A stretch of DNA of 62,247 bases, counting the filler, from Basidiobolus meristosporus CBS 931.73 (taxonomy: Eukaryota; Fungi; Basidiobolomycota): NCBI GenBank assembly GCA_002104905.1. It is 3 parts of 3 records of this genome, joined end to end, with 100 filler letters (N's around TTAATTAATTAA, not from the genome) between each part and the next. Parts side by side here need not be neighbours in the genome. Positions count along the whole stretch, not along the records: positions 52,600 to 62,247 come from MCFE01001321.1; 2 more parts are not named here. One strand, 5' to 3'. Position numbers and translations under genes: made by a program. Of this stretch, positions 62,040 to 62,247 are shown piece after piece. Each line of letters begins with the position of its first letter. Position 1 is the stretch's first letter. The notes beneath the pieces were generated by a model that saw nothing but the letters and a program-made list of their open reading frames with translations, was not told the origin of the DNA and searched no databases.

Positions 62040-62247
62040 TGTTATGAATAGACACAAGGCAGGAGGAAAAGCTAGGCATGGCAGGAAAGGACTTAGGTGT
62101 GGACCATCAAGGCAAGGCAGGATTCAAGGCAAGGCTGTTTATTCAAGACCTGTGTTTATCAGACTGAGGAATACTTAAGGGGGGATAGGACTATATATAC
62201 TTTTTGGTTATACTGATGCCAAGAGATATTGGCTAATCCTAATGGGG
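62040..62247 (-). repeat. Probable LTR of a further family, truncated by the window end
   Basis: Abrupt TGTTATG start within CACTA sequence; AATAAA and TATATATA on the minus strand. Confidence 0.4.

Overview
This window is eukaryotic, most likely fungal, transposon-rich heterochromatin-like DNA. I found no recognisable host gene, RNA gene or CRISPR array. It consists of three contigs joined by two artificial 100-nt linkers (N44-TTAATTAATTAA-N44). It is a nested pile of Ty3/Gypsy elements (families called A, B, C here), Ty1/Copia elements (E, F), decayed CACTA-like transposases and an unclassified multicopy gene-like repeat (G). It also holds a PIF/Harbinger system: one 3.4-kb two-ORF element plus three MITEs sharing its AGACTTGTTC termini. 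Old copies are almost CpG-free; young ones retain CpG but are being inactivated by C-to-T changes, mostly at CpG. Best leads: (1) a young full-length Gypsy (14898-22746) with an unknown ~390-aa third ORF, hidden because a solo LTR split it; (2) the Harbinger element, with a nearly CpG-free transposase next to a CpG-rich partner ORF, mixed AT-only TSDs and foldback MITEs; (3) a G-quadruplex/hairpin GC block inside a Copia LTR; (4) the unclassified family G. All alignments were done by eye, family labels are my own, and boundaries of decayed elements are approximate.
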